A stretch of DNA of 49,440 nucleotides from Chthoniobacteraceae bacterium (GTDB lineage Bacteria > Verrucomicrobiota > Verrucomicrobiia > Chthoniobacterales > Chthoniobacteraceae), in assembly GCA_037190965.1 (NCBI GenBank), contig JBBCKI010000053.1, forward strand, positions 1 through 49,440. The letters run 5' to 3'. Both the position numbers and the translations under genes were made by a program. Numbering within the stretch: position 1 is the stretch's first letter; each line of letters opens with the position of its first letter. This document shows positions 49,350 to 49,440 of this stretch, piece after piece. The notes under the pieces were generated by a model, which was given only the letters and a program-made list of their open reading frames with translations, was not told the origin of the DNA and ran no database searches.

Positions 49350-49440
49350 GGTAGCCCGCTCGCGCCGTCGCGCGCGAGAATAGGTGAAGAGTCGCGTTTG
49401 GCGTCCTTCCTCGCAGGACGGGCTGCTGATTTTGGGATGT
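49350..49440. repeat. REPIN family A, copy 3 (reverse orientation, cut by the window end)
   Basis: GGTAGcccgctcgcgccgtcg arm, followed by tgaagagtcgcgtttg..gcaggacgg..gctgctga..ttgggatg, the reverse complement of the copy-2 interior. Confidence 0.85.

Overview
GC-rich bacterial chromosome segment. Gene content suggests Verrucomicrobiota/PVC (PEP-CTERM protein, prepilin/H-X9-DG protein, RsmA-Nudix fusion, nuoD-N without nuoABC); this is an inference. From left to right: a 148-bp MITE; a lipoprotein, a rhomboid protease and an rsmA-Nudix fusion; an AT-richer three-gene island of secreted proteins (mini-RHS/YD, PKD+Ig with an unknown C-terminus, and a small helical protein); a DUF697 protein, bcp and an amino-sugar salvage cluster (galE, NahK-like kinase, nucleotidyltransferase, AraC, Gfo/Idh/MocA, divergent nagB); a SWIM-SNF2 helicase; a glycan locus (GH20, two paralogous GH18-like TIM barrels, a CBM-like protein, ROK regulator, PEP-CTERM and prepilin-like genes); a liv ABC transporter; sdhCAB; and nuoD-N with two extra genes and a perfect Rex/CRP-type palindrome upstream. 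Intergenic DNA carries two REPIN-like repeat families and two MITE-like elements. One repeat copy is flanked by a 28-bp duplication of the nagB 3' end. No tRNA, rRNA, CRISPR array or transposase was seen. All product calls come from visual motif recognition, without database searches.
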